DNA of 64,000 nucleotides from Dehalococcoidia bacterium (GTDB lineage Bacteria; Chloroflexota; Dehalococcoidia; Lucifugimonadales; UBA3495), in the NCBI GenBank assembly GCA_965197665.1, contig CBDANO010000003.1:483947-547946 (forward strand), written 5' to 3'. Below the pieces are notes generated by a model, which saw only the letters and a list, made by a program, of their open reading frames with translations, was not told the origin of the DNA and ran no database searches. The position numbers and the translations under genes were made by a program. Shown here in pieces: positions 9,664-19,396 of this stretch (position 1 is its first letter; each line of letters starts with the position of its first letter).

Positions 9664-11229
9664 CTAGGAATCCGGCCCTGCCTTGGGACTCGTTTTTATG
9701 AAGTCCGCCGCGCGCTCCGCAATCATGATGGTGGTGCAGTTGGTGTTGGCCCGGATGACATTGGGCATGACGGAGGCGTCCACGACTCGGAGCCCCTCCA
9801 GGCCGTGGACCCGGCAGTACTGGTCCACCACCGCCATTGGGTCGGAAGCCGGGCCCATCTTGCACGTGCCGGCGGAGTGAAACTGGGTTGTAGTGTTTTG
9901 CAAGAGCCAGCGGTCCAACGCCTCGTCGGAAGCCAGGTCCTGGTCGGTGGGATCAATCCGGTCGATGATGACGCCCCCGAACTCGGGCCGCTGGGACAAT
10001 CGGACGGCGAGCTGCACCGCGTCGCGCATGCGTTTAATGTCCCACTCGTCGGACAAGTAACGGTAGTCCAGGCTTGGAGGCGCGCTGGGGTCCTTGGAGG
10101 TGAGGCGTAACTCCCCGATGCTGAGGGAATTCTGGATGCTGACATAGATGGTGAAACAATGCTCGTCCTTAGCGACGGGAGAATCCGCCGGCAGGTAAGC
10201 GGGGTCCAAGGGGATAACGCTGATATACATGTCGTTCCGGGTTTTGGAACCGTCAATGGTGTATCGAAGCATCACTGGGATCATCGCTTCCGTGTCGGGG
10301 GGCATGGGGCTCGTCTCGCGGAACAGCAGCATAGCCATGGGGTGGTCCCGCAAGTTTTGCCCAACCCCGGGAAGGCCGTGGACTACCTCTATCCCCAGGC
10401 TCTCCAGATGGTCCGCCGGCCCAACCCCGGAAAGCATTAGCAGTTGGGGGGACACGATGCCGCCGGCGCTCAGCACGATGTTGTCTCCGGCGACGGTGAA
10501 GCCCTCTCCGCCGCTGTCCGCCTCGACGCCGACCGCGCGCTTGCCCCGGAACAAGACCCGCTTGACGGAAACGTTGGCCCGGAGGGTCAGGTTGACCCGG
10601 TGGCGGGCTTGTTCCAGATAGGTCAGGGCGGTGCTCATCCGAATACCGTTACTGTGATTGAGAGGCGCGGGGCCGATGCCGGTGGCCTCGGGGTGGTTGT
10701 GGTCCGGGGTTTCGGGAAAGCCCTCCGCCAGGCATGCCCCATAGAAGGCCTGAGCGTGGGGCGTCAAGTCCACCCGGTTGTAGCGGCGGACCGGGATGGG
10801 GCCGTCGGTACCGTGGAAGTCCCCCCGGAAATCCTGGTCGGTTTCCATCTTGCGAAAGTAGGGGAGGACTTTGGTGAAACTCCACTCGTCGTTACCTCTG
10901 GCCGCCCAATCGTCGAAGTCCTCGGGTAAACCCCGGAGAAAGATCTGGCCGTTGATGGCGCTGGACCCGCCCACGACCCTGCCGCGGTACACGGGGACCG
11001 GAGCGGCCTGATGGGGCGTCATGGTGGCGCCGTATTCCCAGTGGTGGGGGCCGTACATGGACCTCATGAAGTTGTTGCCCCACTTTATGTCATCGGGCAA
11101 ACGATGGAAATCAGGGTAGTCCGGCCCGGCCTCCAGCAGCAGCACCGAGCGTTGCGGATCCTCCGATAGCCGGGCAGCCAGAGCGGTCCCGGCGGACCCG
11201 GCCCCGATGATGATTACGTCGTATTGCAT
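9664..11229 (-). CDS. GMC family oxidoreductase (choline dehydrogenase / MftG-like)
   Basis: Start MQYDVIIIGAGSAG; GGSSAING, GQNLRDHP, HSAGTCKMG, VVDASVMP, NTNCTTIMIAER. Confidence 0.93.
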   Translation of the reverse strand: MQYDVIIIGAGSAGTALAARLSEDPQRSVLLLEAGPDYPDFHRLPDDIKWGNNFMRSMYGPHHWEYGATMTPHQAAPVPVYRGRVVGGSSAINGQIFLRGLPEDFDDWAARGNDEWSFTKVLPYFRKMETDQDFRGDFHGTDGPIPVRRYNRVDLTPHAQAFYGACLAEGFPETPDHNHPEATGIGPAPLNHSNGIRMSTALTYLEQARHRVNLTLRANVSVKRVLFRGKRAVGVEADSGGEGFTVAGDNIVLSAGGIVSPQLLMLSGVGPADHLESLGIEVVHGLPGVGQNLRDHPMAMLLFRETSPMPPDTEAMIPVMLRYTIDGSKTRNDMYISVIPLDPAYLPADSPVAKDEHCFTIYVSIQNSLSIGELRLTSKDPSAPPSLDYRYLSDEWDIKRMRDAVQLAVRLSQRPEFGGVIIDRIDPTDQDLASDEALDRWLLQNTTTQFHSAGTCKMGPASDPMAVVDQYCRVHGLEGLRVVDASVMPNVIRANTNCTTIMIAERAADFIKTSPKAGPDS

Positions 11230-11251
11230 ATGCTTCTCTTTATATTGAGAC

Positions 11252-11277
11252 GGGGCGGGTTTGAAACCCGCCCCTAC
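11252..11277 (-). repeat. GTAG-type REP element
   Basis: Minus strand GTAG-GGGCGGGTTT-C-AAACCCGCCC: GTAG tetranucleotide plus a GC-rich palindrome. Confidence 0.75.
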
Positions 11278-11396
11278 GAATCCAGCAAGGAAGCAACCTA
11301 ATCGACAGCGCCCAAGTGCCGAAACGACTTCCCCCGGAAGCGCCGACATATGGCCCGGAAGCGCCGGCACGACAGCTCGGAAGCGCCGGGCTTGGC

Positions 11397-12530
11397 TCAG
11401 TTCCTGATGAAGTCGAACTGTTCGAACCGGCCGTTGACGATGGGGTCCGGGTCCAGGCCGAGCCATCTATCCAAGATGGTGGAGTAGGTGCAACGGAAGT
11501 CGTTGCTGAAGTGGAGGTCACCCTCGATCTGGTCCTTTTCCTCTAGGGAAGGGTACTCACCGTAAAGCCCGCCGTTCACTTGGCCGCCAGCTACGAAGGC
11601 CACGCTGCCGGAACCGTGGTCGGTGCCCGTCCCGTTGTCCTTGATCCGCCTCCCGAACTCGGAAAAGACCAGGACTAGGGCGTCCTGCCACAAGCCGTGC
11701 TCCTTGAGGTCTTGGCTGAAGTCGCTCACCGCGCTTGACACGTCCTGCCACAGCTTGGAGTGGACCAGCAATTCGGCGCTGTGGGTGTCGAAGCTTCCGA
11801 ACTGGGTGCAGAAGACCCTGGAACCCAGGCCCGCAGACATCACTTGCGCAATGTTTCTCATGCTTTGGGCTATGAGGCTGTCCCCGTACTCCACGCTGGA
11901 GGAGTATGTCTCCGGCGCGGTCCTCAATATGTCGGCGCCTTGCAAAGCCTGGGCGCCCGTCTCCGCCAAGACTTGGGCCACGGTGTCGGTCGCCGGACCC
12001 GGGCCGTAAATACGACTGAAGGCTTCCAGGGCGTGCTGGCGCGTCAACTCGTCCTGGATGTCCGGCAGTAGCCCGTAGGTCTCCAGGTTCGCCACCGAGG
12101 CCACCGGCACCCCTTTGCAAACCAAGGCTCTGGGAAGTCCCCGGCCGATGTTTACCCCGGTCAGCACGTTCTCACCCTGGGGGTCCAAGTCCCTTATGGC
12201 GGCCCCCAGCCAGCCCACGGTGCCCAACTCCTCCGGCTGGGCGGTGTACCACACGTCCCTTGACCGGAAGTGGGAACGGTTGGGGTTGGGATAGCCGATG
12301 CCGTTGATGATGGCTAGCTTTCCATCGTCCCAAAGGTCCTTCATGGGTTGCAGGTTTGGGTTGAGACCCAGTTCATCGTCTATCCTGAGCACGTCCTCTT
12401 GGGGTATGCCGATGCTGGAGCGGAAATCGCGGTAGAGCCCGTTATTGTAGGGAATCACTGTGTTGAGGCCGTCGTTGCCGCCCACCAACTCTATTACCAC
12501 CACCGCTCGGTCCCGTTTAGTCGAAGTCAT
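11397..12530 (-). CDS. DUF1501 family protein
   Basis: VVIELVGGNDGLNTVIPY, PNRSHFRS, FDTH, VFSEFGRR, GTDHG; start at MTSTKRD. Confidence 0.9.
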   Translation of the reverse strand: MTSTKRDRAVVVIELVGGNDGLNTVIPYNNGLYRDFRSSIGIPQEDVLRIDDELGLNPNLQPMKDLWDDGKLAIINGIGYPNPNRSHFRSRDVWYTAQPEELGTVGWLGAAIRDLDPQGENVLTGVNIGRGLPRALVCKGVPVASVANLETYGLLPDIQDELTRQHALEAFSRIYGPGPATDTVAQVLAETGAQALQGADILRTAPETYSSSVEYGDSLIAQSMRNIAQVMSAGLGSRVFCTQFGSFDTHSAELLVHSKLWQDVSSAVSDFSQDLKEHGLWQDALVLVFSEFGRRIKDNGTGTDHGSGSVAFVAGGQVNGGLYGEYPSLEEKDQIEGDLHFSNDFRCTYSTILDRWLGLDPDPIVNGRFEQFDFIRN

Positions 12531-12568
12531 ATAGGCTCTCCTTACTAAATCCTCGGCTTTGATATTTG

Positions 12569-13597
12569 CTAAGCGCTTCGCTTGAACACCTGGATCCGGT
12601 GACGATTGCTTTCCGTCACCAAGACCGCGCCCGTATTGTCCAGCTTGACGGATACCGGCGACCAGAAGTACTTCTCGATGTGCGACGACACCTCGTGGGG
12701 TTCGTCCACGAACCAGTCGTGCTCCAACTCCAGGTCTGCTCTGGACCTGGCCCCCGCCTCTTCGAGATTTATGTTCAAGAAGTCCTGGGCCCAACCGGAC
12801 GTGGTGGCTTGGCCCCGCCGCTTGGTCACAAATCCACCGGAAGGGTCCAGGACTTGCAACCTCTCGTTGCCCCAGTCGGCAACGTACATGTAGCCGTCAT
12901 CATCGACGGCTACGCTGGAAGGCCGGTGGAACTCCCCGTCGTTCCGTCCCGAAGCGCCGTAGCTGGCCAGGTACTCGCCCCGGGGCGAGTACTTCTGGAT
13001 GCGGTCATTGCCCCAGTCGGCCACGTATACCGCCCCCACGGCGTCGACGGTCACACCCCAGGGGAGGTTAAGCTGCCCGGGACCGCCCTCTGCGGCGCCG
13101 AAGCCGAGCAAGAAGTTACCTTGGGAAGTGAATTTCTGGATGCGGTGGTTATAGGTGTCCGCCACGTAGAGGTTATCCTCGCTGTCGAAAGCCAGGCCGG
13201 AGGGGGTATCGAAGTCCCCATCGCCGGCGCCGCGGCGGCCGAATTTATACCGGAACAAGCCGTCACGGTCGAAGGCCGACACCCGGTGTAGGTGCTCGTC
13301 GCTCACGAAGACCCGGCCTTGGCTGTCCACGGCGCAGCCCGACGGCCAAATGAACTGGCCGTCGCCCTCGCCAAAGGAACCGAAATTACCAAAGTAGTCG
13401 CCGTCTATCGTGCACATGGTGACCCGAACGCCCCTGTTATCGTTTTCCAGCGACTTGTTCACCACGTACAGGCGCCCATCTGAGGCCACGGCCGTATCCA
13501 CGGGGTAGTAGAACCCCCGGCCCTCCATGGTGGTGATCCCGAAAGTGAAGCCGTATTCCAGGAAGTCCGGTTTCGTTGTCGTCTGGGTGGCGCTCAT
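12569..13597 (-). CDS. NHL-repeat six-bladed beta-propeller protein
   Basis: Multiple G.F..P.G.AVD..G..YVAD..N.RIQ.F repeats. Confidence 0.92.
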   Translation of the reverse strand: MSATQTTTKPDFLEYGFTFGITTMEGRGFYYPVDTAVASDGRLYVVNKSLENDNRGVRVTMCTIDGDYFGNFGSFGEGDGQFIWPSGCAVDSQGRVFVSDEHLHRVSAFDRDGLFRYKFGRRGAGDGDFDTPSGLAFDSEDNLYVADTYNHRIQKFTSQGNFLLGFGAAEGGPGQLNLPWGVTVDAVGAVYVADWGNDRIQKYSPRGEYLASYGASGRNDGEFHRPSSVAVDDDGYMYVADWGNERLQVLDPSGGFVTKRRGQATTSGWAQDFLNINLEEAGARSRADLELEHDWFVDEPHEVSSHIEKYFWSPVSVKLDNTGAVLVTESNRHRIQVFKRSA

Positions 13598-13652
13598 TAC
13601 CCGCCTTTCATTATTCCTAGGCTATATTCCCAGACTTGATCCGCGGGCCTGC

Positions 13653-15092
13653 TCATGCCCGCTGGAACTCCTTGGTGGAAGCAACCATGCGCAAGACTCC
13701 GGCAATTCGCTGGCGGGCCTCCGCTTCGCCGTCGTTGGAGGCTGCCGGCGTAACGCCGGCCTTGGAAGCGAAGTCTACCAACACCCTCCGGGTATCTTCG
13801 GAGACGGAAATCGCTCCCACTTGGTCCAAGCATTCGTCCACCAGCGTATCCGGGGATATGCTGCCGCCATTCTTGGAAACTACCAGGTCGATCATGGCTT
13901 GGACACCCGGTTTGGCGGCGTCCCCGATTTGCTGGGTAGCAAAGTTGACTCGTTCCACCAAGTTGCCGGTATCTAGCCAATCGACCCCTTGGTGCCAACC
14001 CTCGACACTGGGAGGACTGTTCAGGTGCTGCCCCATGTAGAGAGCTTGGAAGAAACGCTCCAGTATTTCCCGCCGGGGCCTGTCGAATTCTCCGGTCAAC
14101 CGGGCCACGCCGGCCACCAACTCCACGGGGCTTTTTACCTTGGTGTACCAGGAGCTTCGAGACTTGAAGAACTCGGAATTGAACACCGTCCGCAGCATGG
14201 AAAGGATGTCGTAATTGCTGTCCAGATAGGCCTTCGACAGTTGGTCGATGGCGTCGGGGTCGATGGGCGGCGTGTGGGGCCACTCGGGCACGGGGGGCTC
14301 GTCGGCCACGAAGAAGCTGTACATGTGCCTGGAGATGAACTGCGCCGCAGCCTCTTGCCGGCAAATGATGTCGATTACGTCTTCGCCATTGAAGCGGCCC
14401 CGCTGCCCCAAGAACTCCTTCTCCCCGTCGTCATGGTCTTCGGGATGATACTCGAAGTGCCAGGATATGCGCCCGTAGGGCCAGTTGGAGTCCCGCTGGG
14501 AACGCAACTCCATGTACTCCCGGTTGGCGATGGTCCAGCCGGTAAAGGCCCTAGCGCACTCCTTGATGTCCTCTTCGGTATAGCTGCCCACGCCCATCGA
14601 GAACAATTCCAGCAACTCCCTGCCGTAGTTCTCGTTTATGGCGTCCTTGTGATTGTCCTGATTGTCCAACCAGATGATCATGGCCGGGTTCTTGGACAAT
14701 TCCACCAAGAGGGTGCGGAAGCTGCCCATACCGTAGCGCCGGAACATCCTGGTCTGGTCGGACAGGGCCTTGCCGTGGATGACCTTGGGGTAAGCGGTAG
14801 CGAAAATACCGTGCCAGAAAAGAGCCATCTTTTCTCGTAACGGAGTGGAAGTGGTTGCCATGCGGTAGATCCAGTTCTCGCCGGCGCCATAGGGACCCAT
14901 CATTCCGGAAAGCTCTGGATGGAATCGCCGGATCAACTCGTCGGGTATCCGCTCCTCGTCCTTGGCAGCGAGCAACTCCTCTACCGTTGCTTCGTACCCC
15001 TTAGCGGCGTAATGGTCGAGTTGGTCCCTGGGAGCGCCGAACCCGGCCCTCCGCATAAGGTGGGCTATCAACTGAACGTCAGCGTTTCCCAT
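13653..15092 (-). CDS. DUF1800 family protein
   Basis: AHLMRRAGFG, LREKMALFWH, PAMIIWLDN, NENYGRELLELFSMG, PPSVEGW, EFQ. Confidence 0.92.
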   Translation of the reverse strand: MGNADVQLIAHLMRRAGFGAPRDQLDHYAAKGYEATVEELLAAKDEERIPDELIRRFHPELSGMMGPYGAGENWIYRMATTSTPLREKMALFWHGIFATAYPKVIHGKALSDQTRMFRRYGMGSFRTLLVELSKNPAMIIWLDNQDNHKDAINENYGRELLELFSMGVGSYTEEDIKECARAFTGWTIANREYMELRSQRDSNWPYGRISWHFEYHPEDHDDGEKEFLGQRGRFNGEDVIDIICRQEAAAQFISRHMYSFFVADEPPVPEWPHTPPIDPDAIDQLSKAYLDSNYDILSMLRTVFNSEFFKSRSSWYTKVKSPVELVAGVARLTGEFDRPRREILERFFQALYMGQHLNSPPSVEGWHQGVDWLDTGNLVERVNFATQQIGDAAKPGVQAMIDLVVSKNGGSISPDTLVDECLDQVGAISVSEDTRRVLVDFASKAGVTPAASNDGEAEARQRIAGVLRMVASTKEFQRA

Positions 15093-15261
15093 GCGACTCT
15101 CCTTGAGCGTGGATGGGTCTTATTTACACACGAAAATAGGGCGCTGGTTAACCAGAATATTAAGCCTTCCCGCGGGCTGGCGTCAAGTAGCCGCCGCTTG
15201 ACGGGTGCCCGAGGGAAGGCGCCCTTGGACTCCGGCGCTTGATCCGGGACTACGCCGCGGC

Positions 15262-16101
15262 CTAGCCCCCGGGATAGACGGACTGCTTGCCCAACTGGGG
15301 CCAAGCCGCCGGCGCTCCAGCACGCTCCAACCGCTCCTCCAGAGGTAAGCTCTCATCCCAGTAATACCCGATGAACCGGCGCCCGTTCACCTCATTGGAG
15401 GCTTCGGAAGCAAGCCAGACCACCGGCGCTTGCATAACTTCCGGTTGGAGCAGGGTGCCGCGGTTGAACCCGGCGTCGTCAGGGATGATGTTGGTATTGG
15501 TCGGCCCGCCGGGCACCAGGACGTTGGCCGTTACCCCGGTGCCTTCCAGCTCCCGGGCCATTAGAGCCACGAGGGCCTCGTGACCGGCTTTGGAGGGACC
15601 GTAAGGGGTTACCCCTTTCCGGTACATGGTGTCGACGCTGGTGGTCACGCCGATGATACGGCCCCAGTTCTGGTCCAGCATACGGCTTACGGCGGCCCGG
15701 GCCATGTAGAAAGCTCCGCTGAAGTTGACCGCTATCACTTGGTCCCATGATTCGGGAGAAATCTCCCAGAATCGTTTCCGATCGGTACCGAAGTTGACCA
15801 CGCTAATACCGGCGTTGTTAATTAAGATGTGCAGACCACCCAGTTCCGCCTCGGCCCTTGCGACCACCGCTTCGGCGCTGCCGGGGTCGGCAACGTCGGA
15901 AACGATGGGTAGAACGCAGTCATCGCCGCCGGTCTCGCGAATATCACTAGAGGTTTGCTCCAGCCAGTCTTCGTTGACGTCCACCATAGCGACCCGGGCC
16001 CCGGCCAGCACCAGGGCTTCGGTCATTGCCCGTCCCAGGCCTCTGGGGCTGCCCGCTCCGGTAACTATAGCTACCTTGCCTTGCAGCGGTCTTTCCATCA
16101 T
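15262..16101 (-). CDS. Short-chain dehydrogenase/reductase (SDR)
   Basis: TGAGSPRGLG, INNAG, YGPSK (YxxxK). Confidence 0.92.
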   Translation of the reverse strand: MMERPLQGKVAIVTGAGSPRGLGRAMTEALVLAGARVAMVDVNEDWLEQTSSDIRETGGDDCVLPIVSDVADPGSAEAVVARAEAELGGLHILINNAGISVVNFGTDRKRFWEISPESWDQVIAVNFSGAFYMARAAVSRMLDQNWGRIIGVTTSVDTMYRKGVTPYGPSKAGHEALVALMARELEGTGVTANVLVPGGPTNTNIIPDDAGFNRGTLLQPEVMQAPVVWLASEASNEVNGRRFIGYYWDESLPLEERLERAGAPAAWPQLGKQSVYPGG

Positions 16102-16305
16102 AGCTAGATTCCCTCAAACTAGGTCTCTTAGGGCCGCTTCCCCGGGCGTCTGCGGCGGGCGCGGAGAAGGGTTAGCCCCGCCGCGCAAGGGGGCGGAAGC
16201 GTCTAAGATCTCACCCAAGGACTCAATTGTACTTAGGGTCTCGCTATGAGACAAGCGGCGGCATTGAGTATAATCACTCACCAAACCGATTCGGTGGGTC
16301 CGGCG

Positions 16306-17520
16306 ATGGACGAATTTCCAAAACTCCGTCCTTTGAACCTGGGGTGGTCCGCGTGGGAAGGACAGCCGGTGCTGGTGCTGCAGGACCCGCTGCGCCTAAG
16401 CGGAGGGGCCTTGATGGTGCCCAGGGCCGTCGCTCCGGTGCTGCCGCTTCTGGATGGAACCCGGGACTTGGCCGGCGTGCGGCTGGGGTTGCTGCTTCGT
16501 GGCGGGGTGGACCTTACCCCGGCGCAGATCGAGACTTTCGTGCAGACCTTGGATGATGCGTTACTTCTGGCCAACGACCGCTTCCGGGCCGCCGAAGCGG
16601 AACTTCTGCTGGACTACCGGTCCGCCCCCTTCCGCAAGTCGGCCTTCGCGGGGGCGGGTTACCCCGAAGACCGTCAAGAGCTGCGGAAGTCTTTCGACGA
16701 CTATGCTCTTCAGGCCGAGCCGTTGAGCCAAGGCGGCGATGGACGAGTCGCGGGCGTCATAAGCCCCCACATCGACTACGCCAGGGGTTGGCGAACCTAC
16801 GTTGACACTTGGATGAGGGCCAGGGCCGCGGTGGAAGCGGCGGACTTGATCATCCTATTAGGAACGGACCACGTAGGAACTCCCGGGAGCTTGACCCCGA
16901 CCAAGCAGGAGTATGCCACTCCTTGGGGGGTGCTGCCCACCGACGGCGAACTGGTTGACCGGTTGGTGGACATCCTCGGAGAGGAACGGGCTTTGGGAGA
17001 AGAGGTACATCACATCAGCGAGCACTCCATCGAGTTGGCGTCCGTCTGGCTGCACTACGTTGCGGGGGGTAAGCCCAAGCGCCTTTTGCCGCTGCTCTGC
17101 GGGGCTGATCCAATGTTGGCAAGCCCGGTGGACGGAGACGTGGGTCGATTGCATGAAGCCCTCGAATACCTGGCCGGCGTGGCGGCCCAACCGGGAGTGC
17201 TTGTGGTTGCCGCCGGGGACGTAAGCCACGTGGGGCCGGCCTTCGGCGACCCCCGGCCTTTCGACGAATCGGACAAAGCGCGGGTCCGTTCTTCTGACGA
17301 CCGGTGGTTGGAGTGTGCTTGCAAGGGCAGCAGCGAGCTGTTGGCGGAACACATGCGGGAGTACGGGGACTCGACGAGAATCTGCGGCGCCTCACCCATC
17401 CGCTGCATGCTGGCCATTCTTGACGGCGCTCAAGGGCGGGTGGTGGCTTACGACCAGTGCCCCGCCGACGATAATTTTGGCTCCCTGGTGTCGGTGGCCG
17501 GGGTCATCTTCGATGCCTAG
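16306..17520 (+). CDS. amrB: AmmeMemoRadiSam system protein B (MEMO1 family), long form
   Basis: AFAGAGYP, ISPHIDY, LLGTDH, YATPWG, EHSIE, GDVSHVG, ICG motifs. Confidence 0.85.
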   Translation: MDEFPKLRPLNLGWSAWEGQPVLVLQDPLRLSGGALMVPRAVAPVLPLLDGTRDLAGVRLGLLLRGGVDLTPAQIETFVQTLDDALLLANDRFRAAEAELLLDYRSAPFRKSAFAGAGYPEDRQELRKSFDDYALQAEPLSQGGDGRVAGVISPHIDYARGWRTYVDTWMRARAAVEAADLIILLGTDHVGTPGSLTPTKQEYATPWGVLPTDGELVDRLVDILGEERALGEEVHHISEHSIELASVWLHYVAGGKPKRLLPLLCGADPMLASPVDGDVGRLHEALEYLAGVAAQPGVLVVAAGDVSHVGPAFGDPRPFDESDKARVRSSDDRWLECACKGSSELLAEHMREYGDSTRICGASPIRCMLAILDGAQGRVVAYDQCPADDNFGSLVSVAGVIFDA

Positions 17521-17552
17521 ACCGGTAAGTGGGCCTTGAAACGCCCCGAAGA

Positions 17553-17601
17553 GGGTGTTGAAAAAGTTCCCTCTCTCACTTGGGAGAGGGCAGGGTGAGG
17601 G
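17553..17601. repeat. Intergenic REP-like palindrome, copy 2
   Basis: gggtgttgaaaaagttccctctctcacttgggagagggcagggtgaggg, similar to 2990-3038. Confidence 0.55.
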
Positions 17602-17762
17602 CAAGACCTGGCGGCGGGTTGAACCGGGCGAGGTGGGATTCAAGGCGGCCGCTTCGAGTACGGGCCGCTTCTTCTCGCCCTTTTATTGTCCCGTATAGTA
17701 TCCCCGGTTATTATGAATTTGCGTTCTAAAATGTACGTTCGAAAGGGAAGGAGGACCACAAA

Positions 17763-18509
17763 ATGAGACTTGACGGCAAGGTAGCGTTCATCAGCGGCGG
17801 CGCTAGGGGCATGGGCGCGGCCGAAGCGGCCCTATTCGCTCGGGAAGGGGCCGGCGTGGCCATCGGCGACATATTGGAAGCGGAGGGCCGCAAGGTGGTG
17901 GAGGAAATAAGCGAAGTGGGCGGCCGGGCGATTTTCGTTCCTTTGGACGTGACCAACGAGGCCCAGTGGGCTGAAGCCGTCGCCGCAACCGTGGCCGAGT
18001 TCGGAAAGCTGGACGTTCTGGTGAACAACGCGGGCGTTCCCAGTTGGGGACGGGTGGAAGACACCTCGGTGGAAAGTTGGGACCGCGTGATGGACATAAA
18101 CGCCAAGGGTGTGTTCCTGGGGACCAAGGCCGCTATTCCCGAGATGCGCCGGGCCGGGGGAGGCTCCATCATCAACATATCTTCCCAGTTGGGGTTGGTC
18201 GGGACCGACTTCGCCAGCGGCCCGGAGTACCAAGCGTCCAAGGGCGCGGTGCGGATATTGACCAAGGCCACTGCCATCCAATACGCCGAGGACGGAATAC
18301 GGGCCAACTCGGTGCATCCAGGGCCCATCAACACGAGTATGACTGAAACAACCCAGGCTGACGCGGCCCTCTACGTGTCCCGTATTCCTTTGGGCAGGTA
18401 CGGCGAACCCAACGAGGTTGCCTACGGCGTCCTCTTCCTGGCCTCGGATGAAGCGTCCTTCATGACCGGCAGCGAGCTGGTCATCGACGGCGGCTGGACG
18501 GCCCAGTAG
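17763..18509 (+). CDS. SDR (3alpha,20beta-HSD / cyclopentanol dehydrogenase-like)
   Basis: SGGARGMG, VNNAG, YQASK, NSVHPG, TGSELVIDGG. Confidence 0.93.
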   Translation: MRLDGKVAFISGGARGMGAAEAALFAREGAGVAIGDILEAEGRKVVEEISEVGGRAIFVPLDVTNEAQWAEAVAATVAEFGKLDVLVNNAGVPSWGRVEDTSVESWDRVMDINAKGVFLGTKAAIPEMRRAGGGSIINISSQLGLVGTDFASGPEYQASKGAVRILTKATAIQYAEDGIRANSVHPGPINTSMTETTQADAALYVSRIPLGRYGEPNEVAYGVLFLASDEASFMTGSELVIDGGWTAQ

Positions 18510-18613
18510 CCCGGGCCGAGTATACGCCCCCGGTTGAGATGTCCCGGCCAATTCATCTCTGGTATTATTCAGGTGGATTCGGCGCTCCGATACCGTAGTT
18601 TGGAGAAGCGAAA

Positions 18614-19366
18614 ATGCGGCTTGAAAATAAGGTTGCAATCATTAGCGGGGGCGCTAGGGGAATGGGCGCCGCGGAGGCCCGCATCTTTGCTCAAGAGGGC
18701 GCGAAGGTTGTCATCGGCGACGTTTTAGAAGCGGAAGGGCGCCAGGTTGAAGCCGAAATCAATGAAAGCGGCGGCGAGTGCCTGTTCCTGCGCCTCGACG
18801 TGACTCAGGCGGCGGACTGGGAAAAAGCCGTGGAGACCACCGTGGACCGCTTCGGCAAGCTGGACATCTTGGTCAACAACGCCGGAGTGGTGGCAAGGGG
18901 CACCCTTGACGATACCACGGTGGAGGTGTGGGACTGGGTTATGGATGTCAACGCCAAGGGTGTGTTCCTGGGCACCAAGGCGGCAATTCCGGAAATGAGG
19001 AAAGGGGGCGGCGGCTCCATCGTCAACATCTCTTCCATGTCGGGCAACGTGGGCCAAGACAGCATCCAGCCGGTGTACAATGCTTCCAAGGGCGCCGTCA
19101 GGATATTTACCAAGTCCGCGGCCGTTCAGTACGCCAAGGACAAGATCAGGGTCAACTCGGTCCACCCCGGCGCCATAGATACTCCCATGGCGGAGTATAG
19201 GTTAGGGAGTCCCGAGCGCCAACAACGGGCCGTTGCGGGCATTCCCTTGGGAAGAAGCGCCGGGCCTGAGGAAGTGGCTTACGGCGTCCTGTACCTGGCC
19301 TCGGACGAAGCATCGTTTGTAACCGGCAGCGAGTTGATAATCGACGGAGGAGCGACGGCGCAGTAG
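18614..19366 (+). CDS. SDR, tandem paralog of the upstream gene
   Basis: Same motifs (SGGARGMG, YNASK); long identical stretches such as NAKGVFLGTKAAIPEMR. Confidence 0.93.
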   Translation: MRLENKVAIISGGARGMGAAEARIFAQEGAKVVIGDVLEAEGRQVEAEINESGGECLFLRLDVTQAADWEKAVETTVDRFGKLDILVNNAGVVARGTLDDTTVEVWDWVMDVNAKGVFLGTKAAIPEMRKGGGGSIVNISSMSGNVGQDSIQPVYNASKGAVRIFTKSAAVQYAKDKIRVNSVHPGAIDTPMAEYRLGSPERQQRAVAGIPLGRSAGPEEVAYGVLYLASDEASFVTGSELIIDGGATAQ

Positions 19367-19396
19367 ATAGGGGACCCCGAATTAGGAGGACGGTAA

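Noticed and set aside
9664..11229. Mycofactocin biosynthetic cluster (mftG)
   Set aside because: No mftA/B/C genes are in the window, so the gene symbol is not assigned.
11230..11466. N-terminal extensions of long ORFs (GMC here; also 12531-12794, 36690-36791, 37677-37964, 56017-56211)
   Set aside because: They overlap neighbouring genes, REP or IS ends; family homology starts at downstream start codons.
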